A DNA stretch of 63,998 bases, the filler included, from Octopus bimaculoides (Eukaryota): the NCBI RefSeq assembly GCF_001194135.2. It is 5 parts of 5 records of this genome, joined end to end, with 100 filler letters (N's around TTAATTAATTAA, not from the genome) between each part and the next. Parts side by side here need not be neighbours in the genome. Positions count along the whole stretch, not along the records: positions 23,983 to 31,250 come from NC_069000.1; positions 31,351 to 62,851 come from NC_069001.1; 3 more parts are not named here. The stretch is one strand, 5' to 3'. Positions 24,850 to 37,787 of the stretch are shown here, one piece after another (the first letter of the stretch is position 1; each line of letters starts with the position of its first letter). The position numbers were made by a program, and so were the translations under genes. The notes beneath the pieces were generated by a model. It made no database searches and was not told where the DNA came from. It was given only the letters and a program-made list of their open reading frames with translations.

Positions 24850-25310
24850 CGTCGTCGTCGTCGTCGTCGTCGTCATCATCATCATCATCATCATCAGTAT
24901 CACCGTCATCATCGCCTTCGTAGTCGTCTCTGTCATCGTTTTCCTCGTTGCCGTAATAATAATAATCCGTGTCACTTTGATGGCATGCACTGCTCTCTCA
25001 CTCAACAATAACAATAATAATAATAATAAAATAATAATAATAATAACAATAATAATAATAATTATTATTATTATTATTATTATTGTTGTTGTTGTTGTTG
25101 TTCTGCTTCTTCCTCTCCTCCTCTTCTCTCTCCCACCTGTTATCATCTTCGCTGTCGTCTCGTCAACGTCGCCACCGTCGCCGTTATTGCCGTCCTTCTC
25201 TCCCTCCTCTCCCACCTCCCCACTTTCTCTTCCCCACCTCACCTCCTCTTCCTCCACTTCGTCGTCCTCCTCATCACCACGACCACAACCAACAGCAACA
25301 ACCGCATCTT
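24850..25310. repeat. compound trinucleotide low-complexity tract (tcg, tca, aat, tta, ttg, tcc)
   Basis: Successive trinucleotide runs; produces spurious ORFs on both strands. Confidence 0.9.
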
Positions 25311-26749
25311 CAAAAACATTCATAAATGTCACAATTCTCATCATTGTTTGCTCCTTTTAAATATAAATCCTTTTTAAATATCTTCTCACGAATTGAATTG
25401 TTTAAGCTTAGTTCCTTTTTTTGAAGGATTGACGTCTAGGGCCCCCGTAAGTCTCATGAAACTAGGGCTCAGCAACTAAGAGTTCCCTAAGGGATTTCTC
25501 ATAAAAGACCAGCAGTTGCCCATAAATGTAAATTTTTGTCTCTCACCCACTGACGTCCAAGGGAAACCTAAGATCCGATACATGTAGGTACTAGTGTTTG
25601 ACAGGATCTGTCGTTACAATGTAGGGAACCGGAACAGATATCGCTAACTACCTCAGCCGAAGTTCTTACAATTTGGGGTAAGGCCCCACTCTTCATTGTT
25701 AGGTTTTAGTGACCTGGAAAGAATGAGGAGTAAAGTTGATCCGGGCGAGATTGGAACTCAGATCGTAGAATGGTGAAATAAGTAGCGTAAGATATTCTCT
25801 TCGACTATTTGATGACTTTGCTAAATTTGCTGCTCACCAACCCACACCACTGCCAAGACCAGCAGTTTGCCCCAGGGGGTATCGACTCCAGCACTCAGTA
25901 GGTACTTATTTTATCGACCCTGAGAAGACAAAAGGCAAAGACGACCTTGGTGGTATTTGAACTCAGAACATAAAGCGCCAGAAGAGCTGCCACTAAGCAT
26001 TCGGTCCGGTGTGCTGATAATTCTATCAGCTCACCAACTCGATTTCAAAGTCTCGCAACAAACTACCAATTTTAGGGGAGAGTATCCCCAGTACTTGACT
26101 GGTATTTTATTTCATCGATCTCGAAATACAAAGTTGATCTCGGCGGGATTTGAACCCAGAACATACAAAGCCGGAACAAATACTGCGAAACGTTCTATCC
26201 CATGTTCTAAAGACCCTAAATATTTATCGATTGGAGTAAAACGTAGAAGAGTTAAATATCTTCCTTGGATAGGGCACTAGTCAATGACAGGTACTATGCT
26301 AAGCAAAGAGAGAATAAAATGTTCTCGCCCCGTAGTTGATACGAACTTACGACCTATGGGTCTGTTGTCCATTTCCTTACCAAGTCAGCCATCATACCTT
26401 CTCTGTTATAACTTCTTTTGTCTAAATATGTCTAAATATATTTCTGTCAACAGGGAACGAAAGGGCATTCAGTTTTGAAGAAGAAGACGTACGCTGTTGC
26501 CAGGAAACCATCTTTAGACGTGGAGGAAATTGTCGTTCAGAGAATGCCCATCTCCCGGAAAACTGTCGGTAAGTCGTCTCGAATTAAGCTAATTAATTAT
26601 CGGTTCATTAGTTTAAAAAATCATTAACAGGTCATATATACATATATAAACCTGTATATTTCCGAAGGTACTCATATGGAAGTAAAATCCAGTATATTAG
26701 CCTGTATATCTATCTATCTATCTATTTATCTATCTCTCTCTCTCTCTCT

Positions 26750-26801
<52 letters not shown>

Positions 26802-27398
26802 GCATATCGTGGCACTCCGTCGGTTACGACGATGTGGGTTCCAGTTGATCCGATCAACGGAAGAACCTGCTCATGAAATTAACGTGCAAGTGGCTGAGCA
26901 CTCCACAGACACGTGTACGTTGCTCCCGTATGCGTTCCGTTGTCACAAGTCGTCACTTGTATAACAACTCTAATCTTTCTAAGCTTTTCCCCTGAAGATA
27001 TTTCTCTACTTTATGGTACATCGCTATGCCGGAAGTTTAACAAACATTGACATATGTTGTACGTTTCATATATGAATGGAAGAGTATTTCGCAACTTAGC
27101 GAGCGAATATAATAAATAATCATATCCAGAGATTGTAAGCACGGTCAATATTTATCTAGTGTTAATTAGTATAGTCCATTGGGTGTAGTTTTAACTGATC
27201 CGGTTGGAGCTGATCGTGTTGCGTCAAAATTGGTTGCAGCATTAGTTACAATGAATGTGTTTATTTATGTTAGTTAAATGTATGCGCATTTGTTGTGGAA
27301 TTAGTTTACGTCAATTATTATATTTTGGGTATAATATTTGAAGAATTAGGTAATGAACGTGACTTAGTCAAAGGACGGCTGGTTGTACGTCGACGAAA

Positions 27399-27451
27399 TA
27401 TATAAATTACAATGTAACCAGCGGCAATGCGCTAAGTTAGAAGCTGTAAGA
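27399..27451 (+). promoter_or_regulatory. possible TATA box and short first exon of the plus-strand gene
   Basis: TATATAAA at 27399-27406, CpG-containing context, strong donor GTAAGA at 27446. Confidence 0.25.
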
Positions 27452-27720
27452 CAAATGTTAAGACCATTGTTTGCTTATTTCTAGGGTATTTGATAGTTAT
27501 TTTGACTTGCTTTTTTTTTCTCAAGAAATATTTAATGTGTGTTTATTTATACATGACTGGTGACGAGTAAATACACTGCTGTGTATTTGTTTTATTCTAT
27601 TTATTTCTACTTTTGTTGATTCTATTAAGCGGTGTGTTTATCTAATTGTAATGTGTTAGGAGGGAGTGAAACACGTGTTGATGGAAAGGTAGTTGTAGGA
27701 GTGAAAGGAGATTATATGGG

Positions 27721-27783
<63 letters not shown>

Positions 27784-28323
27784 TGAAATTGGAGAATGCT
27801 AAGATCACAGGCATATAATTGTTTATTTAGAGAAAAGCACGAGGTACTCACAAATTACTAATTTAATCCGCTAAATTGGATAAGTGTGTCGGTTCGTTGT
27901 AGCAGAAATTAAGAACAACATTTGTGATTAGTGTGCATCAGTGATGTGTTGAGCTCAAGGGACTTAGAAAAGATTTTGAAAAGCTTGTTTATGTAGTTAA
28001 GGTGTTACTTGACACATCTATTGCGTAGCTGATCTATTTTTGTCTTTTGTTTAAAACTTAGCAAATAAATATCATAAATAATATGTTAGCAATTGTAAAT
28101 ACACCTAATTATTTATTTTAGATTTATAATGTGTATATCGGAGCGATCAACTGATTTATCATTCATTAGCTGAGACCCACGGAGAACAATACCGAGCACT
28201 TTGATATGAAATGAGGGTGCATTATGGTTATTTAGTTTGGACAAACTGCATTTCCACAAATGTCCAGTCTTTTCCTCTGTCTGTAGGTTCTGGGAGCTGT
28301 CACAGCAGAACCAGACGGAACAA

Positions 28324-28348
28324 ATGCTCTTCTTTTGCGTCTTTGATA
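28324..28348 (+). CDS. possible first coding segment (MLFFCVFD) in exon 28287-28348
   Basis: Strong acceptor tcttttcctctgtctgtag; aacaaATG; donor gtattt in phase 1, compatible with the exon at 28829. Confidence 0.3.
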
Positions 28349-28828
28349 GTATTTAACCGAAGTTAAAATCTTTAGTGTTTCCCGTCACACCGAGGTCTAC
28401 TTCAAATAAATACCAGTTATACACTAGGAGTTTCAATGAAAATGTTTGACTAACCAAAATATTTATCCTGCCATATTAGAAATAAATAAGTACAATTACT
28501 AGAAATTTCTCTATTGATATCTGCCGTCTTCACTTTCTGAGTTCGAATAACACCGAGATTGATTTTTTTTTTCTTTTTTCGCCTTCCATCCTTTTTGAGA
28601 TGGATTAAAAGTACCAGCTGAGTACTGAGGTCGATGCAATCGACTTAATCCCTCCTCCAAAATTGACTTTGAAATCAATACTTTTTTTTTTACTCAAGGC
28701 GGCGAGTTGACAGATTCGTTAAGACACCAGGCAAAACGCTTAGCGACTTTTCGTTCATTTTTATTCTCTGCATTATTCAAGTAATCATATTAAATCTCGA
28801 GTTTGATATTTCTTTTTCTTTTTTACAG

Positions 28829-28962
28829 TTGAATACTACCCTGAGAGCGTGTACAACCGTGCTTCGGCCTACTCTAACGCCGTGGTCGACGATTGCTATG
28901 ACCTCCACCACCACTCCAAAGGTCGTGATCACCATCTGCTCAAAAAGATGAACAATGCATTG
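28829..28962 (+). CDS. internal exon of an unidentified gene
   Basis: tctttttctttttttacag|...|gtgagt; open frame (x)EYYPESVYNRASAYSNAVVDDCYDLHHHSKGRDHHLLKKMNNAL with strong C-ending codon bias; phase 1 to 0. Confidence 0.75.
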
Positions 28963-29628
28963 GTGAGTGACTTCCACATGCCTTCACTACATACGTTGCT
29001 CAACATATATACATACACTCTTACATACATACACACTCACACACACACACACACGCATTAAGGGGATGCCTGTCTGTGGAATACTCAGCCACTTACATGC
29101 TAATTCAATGAACGAGGATTTCAGATAATCGAACGACTGAATTCTCACCGTCACAACCGACGGAGACCCTTCCGCACAAGGCTGAACTAGATGTGTGGAT
29201 CCTGATTACATGATTGGTTGATCGACGAGCCAATCAGTAACTTCTTGTGATTCAGCCTACCCTTAGCCTGNNNNNNNNNNNNNNNNNNNNNNNNNNNNNN
29301 NNNNNNNNNNNNNNNNNNNNNNNNNNNNNNNNNNNNNNNNNNNNNNNNNNNNNNNNNNNNNNNNNNNNNNNNNNNNNNNNNNNNNNNNNNNNNNNNNNNN
29401 NNNNNNNNNNNNNNNNNNNNNNNNNNNNNNNNNNNNNNNNNNNNNNNNNNNNNNNNNNNNNNNNNNNNNNNNNNNNNNNNNNNNNNNNNNNNNNNNNNNN
29501 NNNNNNNNNNNNNNNNNNNNNNNNNNNNNNNNNNNNNNNNNNNNNNNNNNNNNNNNNNNNNNNNNNNNNNNNNNNNNNNNNNNNNNNNNNNNNNNNNNNN
29601 NNNNNNNNNNNNNNNNNNNNNNNNNNNC

Positions 29629-29799
29629 CGCAACCACGCCGCGTGCGAACCGCCATCCAACCCGCACACCCCGCGAGCGGAGCGCGAAAGGCTAAGAAGG
29701 CAGTTGCCGGACGCGGCCGCAGCGCCGGACGCGGCCGCAGCGCCGGACGCGAAGGAGAGCGGCGGCAACGGCAAGCCCGGGCCGCGTCCGCCAGCGTAG
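29629..29799 (+). CDS. GC-rich open frame ending in TAG, truncated by a gap; possible terminal exon
   Basis: RNHAACEPPSNPHTPRAERERLRRQLPDAAAAPDAAAAPDAKESGGNGKPGPRPPA*; AATAAA at 29859-29864; frame choice uncertain. Confidence 0.35.
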   Translation, partial: RNHAACEPPSNPHTPRAERERLRRQLPDAAAAPDAAAAPDAKESGGNGKPGPRPPA

Positions 29800-31032
29800 A
29801 GACACCGTCCGTCACAAACCTTGCTGTTTTCAGAAGTTGGAAAACAGCACTGTAATCAAATAAAACATTTTTGAATTATACAGTGCTCCTACTGCCTACG
29901 GCGGCGTGTTTGGCATGATGTTTAGAGAGACTTGTTCATGCTCGTTAGCTTGTGGGTTCGATTGCGGGATCAGATGGTGCAGGATTAGTCCCAATCTAAA
30001 TGGCTTCAGGTTCGATATAGATTTAACGGTTTTTTGACATTTATAAAGAAATAAATGAACTTTAAGCAATTTAGAGTGTTTGAGGGTTAAAGAGTTTTAC
30101 GATGATATGAACAATTGACCGTTGGTCAAGTAAAACCTTCACGCCACTGTTACTTTCTGACGCTACTAAATATGGTAGATAATTTAACAACAAATGTATG
30201 TGGTGCGAACGGGAGAAAGGGACAGTGTAAGTAATAATTCTGATTTACTTGCACATGGCGAAATATATTTGACCAGTGTCAACATGTGATGTTGCGATTT
30301 TCATGATTTTTTTCCAAGCGACAATATTTTCAGAATCTCAATTGTCTACATTTTTCTATTCCATGCTCTTGAGAAGAGGGAGCTATATATATTCCCCATG
30401 GACAGAACGCGGATGATTTCCATAGGTAACTTTCCCCACAAAATCTGATATCGATTTTCCTATAACAGATACAATTAAGTGTTCGATACCCCATAAATAC
30501 AACGGGATATCTACACTGGATTTGAACTCACAATACATTAGCCAATAGCAAATAATTATCAGCAATTACAAAACTAGTTATGCATCAATACAATACAAGA
30601 TAAGTAAATAAGAAAATCAACATAACTAAACAAAACCAAGCGAAACATTAATACACATAAAACAACAATTTGTGAAAAATTGTTTTTCTCTGTTTTTCTT
30701 ATATAATCACATCCTGCATAAAATTTTGAGAACACAGCATATATATGCATATGACTATATATATATATCTATATATATATGTGTGTGTGTGCATAGATAT
30801 ATATGTCTGTCAATTATGTTGTATTTAAATGCCTTATTATTATATACATTCGTAATTTCTTTGGTAATTTTGATAATTTAATTAAAAACAAGAAACTAAT
30901 AAATTATTGCTTTTAATCTTTATTCCAGTTTTTATTTTTTTTATTTCTTGTAATTCATGCTATATATATTTAAATACATGTATGTATATATATATGTACA
31001 TATGTATATATATATACATACATATATACATA

Positions 31033-31074
<42 letters not shown>

Positions 31075-31554
31075 TATGTATATATATGATTATATATATG
31101 TATATACATAGAAAACTTAATATATATGCATATACATATATATATATAATATAATATAAACTATATATATATATATATATATATAGAACACCTTCTTTAT
31201 TATCTGAACACCAAGGTAAATATCGATCGAATTTTTCAGTTTGGAATTACNNNNNNNNNNNNNNNNNNNNNNNNNNNNNNNNNNNNNNNNNNNNTTAATT
31301 AATTAANNNNNNNNNNNNNNNNNNNNNNNNNNNNNNNNNNNNNNNNNNNNCTTTTTTTTTTTTAGGAAAGGCAGTTATAACCGTCTTAGATTATTGTAAT
31401 CTTGATATATCATTACTATACCTGTAATCTAACCTGCTGACTTTTGTTGTTCCAGGTTGAAGGAGACGGTTGTAACAGTACTTTGAACACATCTTATTAA
31501 ACACTGCTTGCTACGGCTGATTAATTTGCGGAATGCTAACCGGATCGTGGAGAC

Positions 31555-32190
31555 AATATGGAAGTTCGCTACGCAATAAAATTTTGAGTTAAACTGGGCG
31601 AAAACGTGACAGAGACTTATGAGATGCTCCAGACTGTTTCAGGATTGACTTGTATGAACCGAACACCTATTTTTCGCTGGCACAAGAGGCCAAGTAAAGT
31701 AAGTCTCCCGGGAATCTCAAGATGATCCTCTTTTTTTGACAACCAGAGCATCAACATCCACTGGGTTTCCTCTGACCGGACGATCAACAAAGAGTGCTTA
31801 GTAGAGCATTTTAGAGAACTCATGAAGAGACTTCGCCGCAAAAGACCAGAACACTTGCACCAAGACAATGCACCAGAACACAATTCCATCTTGGTAACCA
31901 GCTACCTGACAAAAATGGGCATCAAAGCTGTCTCTCACCCTCTCCACAGTCCAGATCTTGCTCCCTGTGGACTTTTGGTTGTTCTTAAGCAGAAGACGAT
32001 GAAGGACGCTGTAACAAGGGTCCTAGATACCTTCACTTTAGAGGATTTCCATGAGGTCTTCACGAAGCAGCCGGAACGATACAACAAATGTATTGAAGTC
32101 AGAGGGTCCTACTTTGAAGGAGAATAGAATTTTCTATTTCTTTCAAATTAATAAATGTCTCTCCTTAAAAAAGTTTCAAAACTTCCGGAA
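31555..32190 (+). mobile_element. internally deleted mariner element
   Basis: MEVRYAIKF*VKLGENVTETYEMLQTV... (HTH) then ...LHQDNAPEH...HPLHSPDLAPC...YNKCIEVRGSYFEGE*. Confidence 0.88.
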
Positions 32191-32342
32191 TACACGTGTG
32201 AGTGAGAGAGAGAGAGAGAGAAAGAGAGAGGTGGAGAGAGACGGATTGATATTTTTGCCGTATTTACTGGTGTAAAAGTCGCATCCCAGTTCTTTCAGTT
32301 AAAATTTAGTATAAAATAGTGCGACCATTACACGTGTAAATG

Positions 32343-32416
<74 letters not shown>

Positions 32417-33178
32417 ACACACACATATACGAGTACATGTACTCGTATATGAGAGAGGAAGAGACATATAGTAAGAGAGGGGATTTCATACAATGAGAGG
32501 GAGAAACATATATAGAAGGAGAAGGGGTTTAAATATATTTGGTTGAGGCGGTTGCCACCTCTCACTTGCAAGTGTTTTCATAATCTAATAGAAAACAGAA
32601 AGTCGAGAAACCTCCAACTTTCGGCAAATTCTAATTACAAGACCTGATACGAAGAAACCAGTAAGAAAAAATGGACAGACATCTTCAGGAACGAAGAATT
32701 AGTTAATCCGAAAAAACCAAGTCTTTTACCGATACTAACAGATTAAAAGAACATTTTAAGTCGAAGTGAAATGTGTCAAGATGGAATCTACACATACACT
32801 TACATACATCCACACACACAAGCATGCACATACACACAGTCTCACACACACACACGGGGCCCAGAGTGTTTTTAGATTCGATTCGTGCTTCGTAGATTAG
32901 ACAAATCGGAAACATTGGTGAATTGAGATAAGCCACTTATAGAAGATTGTTTGATTTACTACCTAAGCGGCCTTAGGATTGGTTTATTTATCCCCACACC
33001 CCACCTCTGTGTCACAAACACTATATATGTACTGAACTTTCCAGCCATTAATGAAATGGTCCGTATGTTAATGCAATAAATATGAGCAGATAGAGCACGT
33101 ACCTGTTCTCTCTCTCTCTCTTCTTTCTCACACATTCACATAGCAAGACATACATGGGAGTGTTTATATTGAAGAACG

Positions 33179-33211
<33 letters not shown>

Positions 33212-33240
33212 ACGACATATCTAAACAAAAATAAGATGAT

Positions 33241-33312
<72 letters not shown>

Positions 33313-33612
33313 NNNNNNNNNNNNNNNNNNNNNNNNNNNNNNNNNNNNNNNNNNNNNNNNNNNNNNNNNNNNNNNNNNNNNNNNNNNNNNNNNNNNNNNN
33401 NNNNNNNNNNNNNNNNNNNNNNNNNNNNNNNNNNNNNNNNNNNNNNNNNNNNNNNNNNNNNNNNNNNNNNNNNNNNNNNNNNNNNNNNNNNNNNNNNNNN
33501 NNNNNNNNNNNNNNNNNNNNNNNNNNNNNNNNNNNNNNNNNNNNNNNNNNNNNNNNNNNNNNNNNNNNNNNNNNNNNNNNNNNNNNNNNNNNNNNNNNNN
33601 NNNNNNNNNNNN

Positions 33613-33649
<37 letters not shown>

Positions 33650-33879
33650 GAGAGAGAGCTCGATGTGAAAATGCGTGTGCTTGCGCGTGAGGTTTAGATA
33701 TGGAGAGAAAGAGAGAGAGTACACCAATTGAGAGAGAGAGTCACATCAATTGAGAGAGGTCCATCAGAGCGCGCGCACACGAGAGAGAGAGAGAGAGAGA
33801 GAGAGACATGAGGGGAGAGAAACCGAGTATAGAAAAACTGGAGAGTATCCTGAATACTGAAATAGCATACTTTGCACAT

Positions 33880-33955
33880 CAGGGGTGGGGAGACCCCGCC
33901 CGCGGGCGCTTTTGCGCCCGTGAGCCCATTTTATTGCGCCCGCAGGCCGGTATAC
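33880..33955 (+). mobile_element. hAT (Charlie-like) terminal fragment
   Basis: caggggtgggga..ccgcccgcggg...gcgcccgc pattern typical of Charlie-type MITE ends. Confidence 0.45.
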
Positions 33956-35748
33956 TCTTATGTACAAAATGTAGTAAATTTTTCAATTTACGTTAATATT
34001 AATTGCTTTACATTAACATATATATATTAATATCAATTGACATCACACTCACAGAGGTATTTCCTGCATGACTGCAAGACATGCAATGAATACCTAAAAT
34101 GTAGAATGAATGCAAATAAGAATTCAGATTTAACTATAAATCTTGAATTTTTATGAGAACCATCTGGAAATCGGATGCATATAAATCTATGCACTCTATT
34201 TCAGCTACACATGGCTTGAAGTACCAAATATTAGTGAAGAAATCAAATAGGCAGAAATAATACAGAAGTCTACGAAAGAACGATTCCAAATACTCGATAG
34301 ACATTGGACAGCAATGAAGTGAAAAGACTGAAAAACGTACAAAAGTGGTGATATTTAGAGTTGTGACAGAATTGCTATGGGGGGTTTGTCAGAAGAAAGA
34401 AAATAAGGGCAATTTGATGAAAAGTTTCAAGAAGCCACTTGAAAAAAATTTCTACAGAAATCAAACACAAGCTGCCCTTTCGCCTATATTCAAGGGGGGG
34501 GGGGTACAAAGTTAGAGGAGATGTGGTGGAAGGAAACTGTTTCTCAGGGGGATTATCATAANNNNNNNNNNNNNNNNNNNNNNNNNNNNNNNNNNNNNNN
34601 NNNNNNNNNNNNNNNNNNNNNNNNNNNNNNNNNNNNNNNNNNNNNNNNNNNNNNNNNNNNNNNNNNNNNNNNNNNNNNNNNNNNNNNNNNNNNNNNNNNN
34701 NNNNNNNNNNNNNNNNNNNNNNNNNNNNNNNNNNNNNNNNNNNNNNNNNNNNNNNNNNNNNNNNNNNNNNNNNNNNNNNNNNNNNNNNNNNNNNNNNNNN
34801 NNNNNNNNNNNNNNNNNNNNNNNNNNNNNNNNNNNNNNNNNNNNNNNNNNNNNNNNNNNNNNNNNNNNNNNNNNNNNNNNNNNNNNNNNNNNNNNNNNNN
34901 NNNNNNNNNNNNNNNNNNNNNNNNNNNNNNNNNNNNNNNNNNNNNNNNNNNNNNNNNNNNNNNNNNNNNNNNNNNNNNNNNNNNNNNNNNNNNNNNNNNN
35001 NNNNNNNNNNNNNNNNNNNNNNNNNNNNNNNNNNNNNNNNNNNNTTTCAGTTGAAATGCACTGCCTTTATCTCAGTTAGTTTTAAAAATAGCAAAAAATT
35101 TAGTAAAATGACCGTCAGTATTAAGATGGATTTAGAATATGAATTAAGATGAAATTTTAATGGAAGGATTTAATTTAGAACCCTTTAAGATGAAGCAAGA
35201 AGTTTATATCAAGGAACTAAGCTGTTTCAGGTGAGTTGATATAAAAAACGGTTAAAGGTTTATCTCCACTGACTGCGAGAAAGGGATTGGATAAATATCG
35301 AAGTAGCAGTATCAGTCTGAATCGTAACTGGTTTTGCTTGAGGCAAGCATAAATGAATGAGTTATTACAGGAAGCTCAATGAATAAATAAAATAAATAAT
35401 TAAATAATTAAATACATGCAAGGATCCCTCTGTGGACAAAATGTTTAATGTTTAAAGTTAACAGAAATTATTGCTAGAATTCCAGAATTTGATTAAGTGT
35501 TATCGTTTTCTTTTCATTCTCAGGAATTGGTTATCAAAGACTTTCCTAAGCTTCGAGTGAGTTATTAGTTTTCATTTACTGTTTAGGTTTTGGTGCCAGA
35601 TATAAGAAAGGGGATGCAATTTCGAACCTAGTCTTGGGTATAGATTAATATCTTACAGGATGGGATATTTAGAACAAATATGGTGCATGCACTTTTGTTT
35701 CTGAATTCTTTAAAACTTCAGTTCTTCAAGCACCGTCGCATCGGTTTC

Positions 35749-36033
35749 TTATTGATTTTGTTCGTTATCGATTGAGTTTGTTTTCTCCATAGTTTCTTCG
35801 TGGAATCGACGTGTCATCTCGCATAAATCCTCCTGCATTTTCTGCATTTGCTGTTCCAGAAGAAACAGGTCAGCGCTCGCAGAATCGTTCGAGTGCATGG
35901 GCGGTGGCATCTTACTGAACGTATCGTCCACAAAATTACCCATTTTTTCGGGTCCCCACATTGGAATGGCATCTGAATTGATCGGAGACGTTTGGAAGGG
36001 CTTAGGGTCAGCAGAAAGTGTTGTAGTATTGTC
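35749..36033 (-). CDS. terminal coding exon of an unidentified gene, C-terminal coiled coil
   Basis: catattttag| DNTTTLSADPKPFQTSPINSDAIPMWGPEKMGNFVDDTFSKMPPPMHSNDSASADLFLLEQQMQKMQEDLCEMTRRFHEETMEKTNSIDNEQNQ*; 285 nt, phase 0, non-repetitive. Confidence 0.7.
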   Translation of the reverse strand, partial: DNTTTLSADPKPFQTSPINSDAIPMWGPEKMGNFVDDTFSKMPPPMHSNDSASADLFLLEQQMQKMQEDLCEMTRRFHEETMEKTNSIDNEQNQ

Positions 36034-36807
36034 CTAAAATATGTATGAACAAAGTGGTATATTCTTAGCATAATCAGCGAAATGGGATAATAAAAGAGCC
36101 AGAATTAAAAAAAAAATTAAGAAAAAAGACAAAATAAAAATATAAAAAGCAATATTGTGAATTTAAAAATTAACAAAAACCAAAAAATTCCTAATACATA
36201 TAAAATCATTGTTATATCGTAGTTATAAAAGATTTTGGTTGTGGCAGCGGTGGATTTATATATTTCAGATAACGAATAGTCTCTAAATGAACGACATAAG
36301 TTCCTACTAGTCATAATAATTCATAATTATTGGATAATTCTTTTGTAATTGAACATATATATGCCAATAACAATACAATTTTGTATTTTAGTAATAATAA
36401 AGATATATATGACAACGATAGAAAAACACAAAGATTATGCAATGATGATTACACATGCTGACAATGCACAGAATCCCTCTACACACGTAGTAACAACAAT
36501 ACTGTAAACGCACTTGGTATCTAACATACATTTTGGGATGACAGGAAATTTAGGTTAGAGAGATAAGTTATCATGGATACTTTATTGCAAAATTATGAAA
36601 GGAAAGACAAAGAAGTTTTAGTGTTATAGACAATACAAACTCATGCATAGTCAACCACAAGGGTTTGTTTGTGCGCGTGATTTATGTGTGTATGTATATA
36701 TAGATACACACAAATGAGAATATATAAACTTCAGAGGGATAGAAATATCCAAGATTAGACTGGTTGAATACCTTATAATGTAGGCACACACAGATATATC
36801 ATTATAA

Positions 36808-37098
36808 AAACCAAGAGAGAAGATGGAGATAAGATTAATAAAAAATTACTAATACATCGACAAGACCTACAATTGTTTCAATTCATCGCTTATAGTATAA
36901 AATCAATCAATTTGGTTAATTTAAGTTTCTTTGTACGTTCTTCCCTGATGATATTCTGGGTTATAATAATTAACCAAACTGATTTAATTAAATCAAATTT
37001 GATTGATTTTATACGATAAGCGATGAATTGAAACAATTGTAGGTCTTGTCAATGTATTAATAATTTTTTATTAATTTTATCTCCATCTCTCTTGGTTT
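36808..37098 (+). mobile_element. Penelope-like terminal repeat with an inverted partial copy
   Basis: Arms 36808-36921 and 36968-37098 are reverse complements with a few substitutions and a ~19-nt indel. Confidence 0.7.
36943..37043 (+). ncRNA. minimal Penelope-type hammerhead ribozyme motif
   Basis: CTGATGA (36945-36951) ... GAAAC-AATT-GTA (37030-37041): palindromic stem III, GUA triplet, long stem II insert, only 2-bp stem I. Confidence 0.5.
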
Positions 37099-37320
37099 AT
37101 TTATATATATGTAAGAGAAAGAGAGGATACTTGGATTAGCAACAGGTTATTATGAAGAGGAAGGAGGGAGGGGGTATCTGCGAGCGAGATAAAAAGGCAA
37201 TGAGAAAGAAGAGGCAATAAGGTTGTCTTGGGGTGTGTTCTTTATTCGATACAGTCCCTCTCGACAACCCAGTATTAACATTACAAAAGTAAAGATACTC
37301 TTCTAGTATATTCTATATAC

Positions 37321-37353
37321 CAGTTTGTAACCATTCAAGCTGGTGTCTCCCAT
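37321..37353 (-). CDS. possible 33-nt exon (MGDTSLNGYKL) upstream of the terminal exon
   Basis: tttattattgattttaag|...|gtatat; phase 0-0, compatible with 36033. Confidence 0.35.
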
Positions 37354-37743
37354 CTTAAAATCAATAATAAAGTAGCAATCAAAAGTTTTAAAAGAAAATT
37401 AAATTCTTCAAAAAAAAAAGCCAAAAAAAGAAAGAAAGAAAAAAGCCCCAAGAAAACAAACAAACAAGAAACAACTAATCACTGAACAAAGACCTAACAC
37501 AAAAAGGAAAATAAGCCATTTAATTCTTTTAAATGAATTAAAACTTAATAAGAAGATTAACCGTCTGTTTGATAACCTGAGCAAAATTAAAATTCTTATT
37601 TTATGAAAATGTCCGCACAACAGCATTGGTGTCCTGCCAGTGTCAAATATTCACTATAATTCAAATCGATGGGAGATGGGAGATGGGAGATGAGAGAGAG
37701 AGAGAGAGAGAGACGGAGAGAAATGGAGAGATAGAGAGAGATG

Positions 37744-37787
<44 letters not shown>

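Noticed and set aside
24838-25360. Long low-complexity ORFs on both strands (also 62960-63331)
   Set aside because: Compound trinucleotide repeats with no splice or domain support.
30383-30565. Possible minus-strand terminal exon (KSISDFVGKVTYGNHPRSVHGEYI*)
   Set aside because: Only an acceptor-like motif supports it; no linkage to other exons.
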